A stretch of 64,000 nt of DNA. Origin: Coniocarpon cinnabarinum. Taxonomy: Eukaryota. Under the pieces are notes generated by a model, which was not told the origin of the DNA, made no database searches, and saw only the letters and a list, made by a program, of their open reading frames with translations. The translations under genes and the position numbers were made by a program. Shown in pieces: positions 58,937 to 64,000 of the stretch (position 1 is its first letter; each line of letters starts with the position of its first letter). Location of the stretch: positions 62,001 to 126,000 of the forward strand of contig JAVECO010000008.1 in NCBI GenBank assembly GCA_051942205.1. Reading direction: 5' to 3'.

Positions 58937-59914
58937 TAGTTGACCTCGGAACTACGCTGAGACTGCAAAAGTAGGACCTCTCGAACACTTGTATCAGCTG
59001 TACGTTGGCAAGATAGACGTAAATATCAGGCGTCTTGTTGTGCTATCTTTCATAATCGAGCTGATAATCCTCACAAAGGAAAGTCGCGAACACTTTTCAA
59101 AGGGTTCCACTATACTTGCCGGAGCTTCCTTGCAGAGCTTCCCTATCTACCTGCATCAGCTAATACGGTCTTGCAGACTTTAGAAACTACCAGTGAATTT
59201 CGGGGAGCTGCATCTCTGCAATGTTACACTTTCACGTCTATGCTTTTTCTGCTGAGAGTGATCATGTGATATTTTGTGATTATTTTATTGTCAATCACGC
59301 AGATGGATCTTGCATCACATTATGATCGACTACAACTGGACTGCAAAGATCTTGCGGACCCTCTCTGGCAATGATCAGAGGTTGTTATCCGGCTACCCGC
59401 TGTATTGAGACTTTAAGTTAGTGGCAGTCAGCGCTGATGATCTGCGAAATCTTCAGGGAGAATGTGCCAAGCCATTGTCTGCTTCCCATTTTCTGAAAGG
59501 TTTCAATTCTGTTGTCTTTTCAGGTTTGTGTCAGTCATTTTCTATTTCGAACGGAGGGAACACTACGAAGTCTTGCATTCCGGTAGTGAACTGCGCGGCA
59601 AAATCCTCTGGCCTCGGCAGGCGAATGCATCTAGCAGATGAAGTGTGCTTTGTACTTTGCACCACGGGCTCAATGACAGTGTCATCATCCTTATGTATTA
59701 CGTCAGCTCGTAGACACCTTAGCGTGATATGTCACATGATTGGACGAGGACAACGCTCATACTGTCTTGCTGTTTTGGGAAATGCTCTTCGTCACCTGGA
59801 GATCTACGCCGAGATACTCTTTTTTGTTTTCGCCGATTCAGAGTGAAAAATATCTTTGCCCCAATCACCCCGCTTGCTGACCACGATTGTGCATTTCACA
59901 TCTCACAATGCGCC

Positions 59915-62261
<2,347 letters not shown>

Positions 62262-62427
62262 TCTTCGCTTCACAAGATTCAGCTTGTAGCACTATAGCTA
62301 ACGAAAGCGTACTTTCCTAGCGCATCTGCTAGAGTTCTTCGGATGAAATATCAAAACATGCCAAACTTCATGCCGGTTGAGCCTGACTTTCGCCTAGCAC
62401 AAAAGCTCTTCGTCCTTAGGGCAATGC

Positions 62428-62445
62428 TTTTTTTTTTTTTTTTTT
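62428..62445. repeat. Poly(T)18 homopolymer
   Basis: Read directly from the sequence. Confidence 0.9.
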
Positions 62446-63381
62446 GACTTAACTTATTGGCCAGACACCCGTCCGGAGTCCTCAACGATTGCCTCTTCTA
62501 TAAGATAGGTATCCTGTCGCATTCAGCCGGTCCCATCCTTGCCCTCTATCTACGTAAATCAATGCGATGAATGGTGAGCCGGGTCGTCATACCTTGATTC
62601 TGGCATCTATAGTATGTTGAAGTCTCGAGAAGCTTTAAAGCAAGTCAGTGCAGTCGAAGCTGTAACTCTTCATCGGATCTCTGTGACACCAGGATGTCAA
62701 CAAGCACGCTTCATCACCCGCGGGTTGCACCGCACAGATATGATTGTCGAATCAATAGACTTTAGTACGTCTCAGCGTACAATCGAGAGAGTGCACTCAC
62801 GAAACATTCGATGCTCGTTGAGCATTTCAATATGCTCTATTTTTAGATGTGGCTGGTGTGTACAGAATGGATAATGAGCTTTGGGAGCTGCAGAGTAAAG
62901 ATTATACCCATGGGCCGGAATTCCTTAATCACCCTGTTGTACTAATTCTCTTTCTATTTCTCGTCCACAGAGCTCCATTCAGAATGGTACTTATCTGCGA
63001 CACTCATTTCGCGGGTTCTGTTTCCTGTTGTTGCTCAACCATCAATGCTCCACACGAGCTATACCAATGCTCAGTCTTGGATTCCGGTCTTGCGGTGGTG
63101 CCGACATCATCATCGAACATACTAACATATGATGCCTCCATCTTGCATCTGGTATCGTTCAGAGCAGTGATTGCCCAACTACTCATAGAAAGTTATTAGA
63201 GGCTGAAATGGCGGGTATTTAGGATTAGTACAATATGGCGTAAAGATCTCTGGCCACAGATCGCGACAGGCATGGCTGTTTGAAAGTCGGATCGATCCGA
63301 TGTGCAGGAATGATACCAAAAAACAGGCTCATGCCGCTGAAAACAACCAAAAGTTCTGCCTGCAAGACTCTCAAATGCCCG

Positions 63382-64000
63382 TTACCACTGCAGGCCAATA
63401 TCACTCTTGATGGAAGCCACTTCACCTTTTCTGGAGATGAGCATTACGCCGTTCTCAAGTACACGACAGCTTTCCAAATCGCCGTACTCCCAAAAGTCAT
63501 TTGGCAGGAAGAAATGACGCTTAATTTCAGACGCCTCGTGGCTTGAATTCAAATGCCAGGAACAGAGCCATTGGTGATTGTCGAGGAAAATGAACTTATC
63601 TCCTCGGAGCACCCCAAGTGGAAGCTGGACATTCTTCCATACCGTAAAAGGAAGAATGCTTGGCTTCATATGATGCAGATTCCGTTCAAATGCCGACCGG
63701 GGAAAGAACATAAGCTGTCGCTCTTCCATGCGCGACGTCTCTACCATGAGGTATGAGCCATTCTGGGTGGGTCCTGCGTTCTCTACAATTGCGCTAGTCT
63801 CCAGATGGCTCCGCACACGGGCAATAGATGACCTTCGAATCTGAGCAGCAGTGATCTTGTAAGGCTTAGGGGCATCAAACTCAATGCTAGACGTCACGAC
63901 CAGATCTTGCCATTGACAAGCAAGTATCCTATCGGCTCCCGTGGCAAGTAAGTGATCTCGGTGCCATGGATGATTCATCCATTTTAGAGTCGAATTGGGG
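63382..64000 (-). CDS. C-terminal end of a large WD40/beta-propeller protein (NACHT-WD40-like), partial
   Basis: Frame open to the window end. W..HP..DHLL and FIFLD..WLCSW..KRHFFLP.DF..L..KGEVA.I is the C-terminal pattern seen in fungal NACHT/WD proteins. Confidence 0.6.
   Translation of the reverse strand, partial: PNSTLKWMNHPWHRDHLLATGADRILACQWQDLVVTSSIEFDAPKPYKITAAQIRRSSIARVRSHLETSAIVENAGPTQNGSYLMVETSRMEERQLMFFPRSAFERNLHHMKPSILPFTVWKNVQLPLGVLRGDKFIFLDNHQWLCSWHLNSSHEASEIKRHFFLPNDFWEYGDLESCRVLENGVMLISRKGEVASIKSDIGLQW

Overview
Eukaryotic, gene-dense fungal DNA (filamentous ascomycete/Pezizomycotina inferred from short GT..CTRAY..YAG introns and the gene set). About 30 loci can be supported. 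Most are conserved housekeeping genes: TBF1-like Myb, ELC1, SEN54, ORC6, queuosine-salvage QNG1, PEX12, NUP49, POP4, RAS1, SWT21/TCAB1-like WD40, HSP10, TYW1, HRK1, SVF1, PRMT5/Skb1 and PRP43. They are interspersed with accessory genes: an aromatic aldehyde dehydrogenase, a CYP7-like P450 divergent from a PTH11-like membrane protein, an F-box-like orphan, a GPI cell-wall protein, a KP4 killer-toxin-like secreted protein, a methyltransferase, a GNAT and a NUDIX hydrolase. Items the ORF track largely misses are a five-exon, highly divergent histone H4 variant (53884-54526) lying tail-to-tail with PRMT5, a frameshifted 2OG-Fe(II) dioxygenase pseudogene, a frameshifted NUDIX gene, and an in-frame first intron of RAS1 containing a GCCACCATGG start context. 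No rRNA, tRNA, CRISPR or intact transposon was recognised. Exon boundaries were read by eye, and family calls come from remembered motifs, not database searches.
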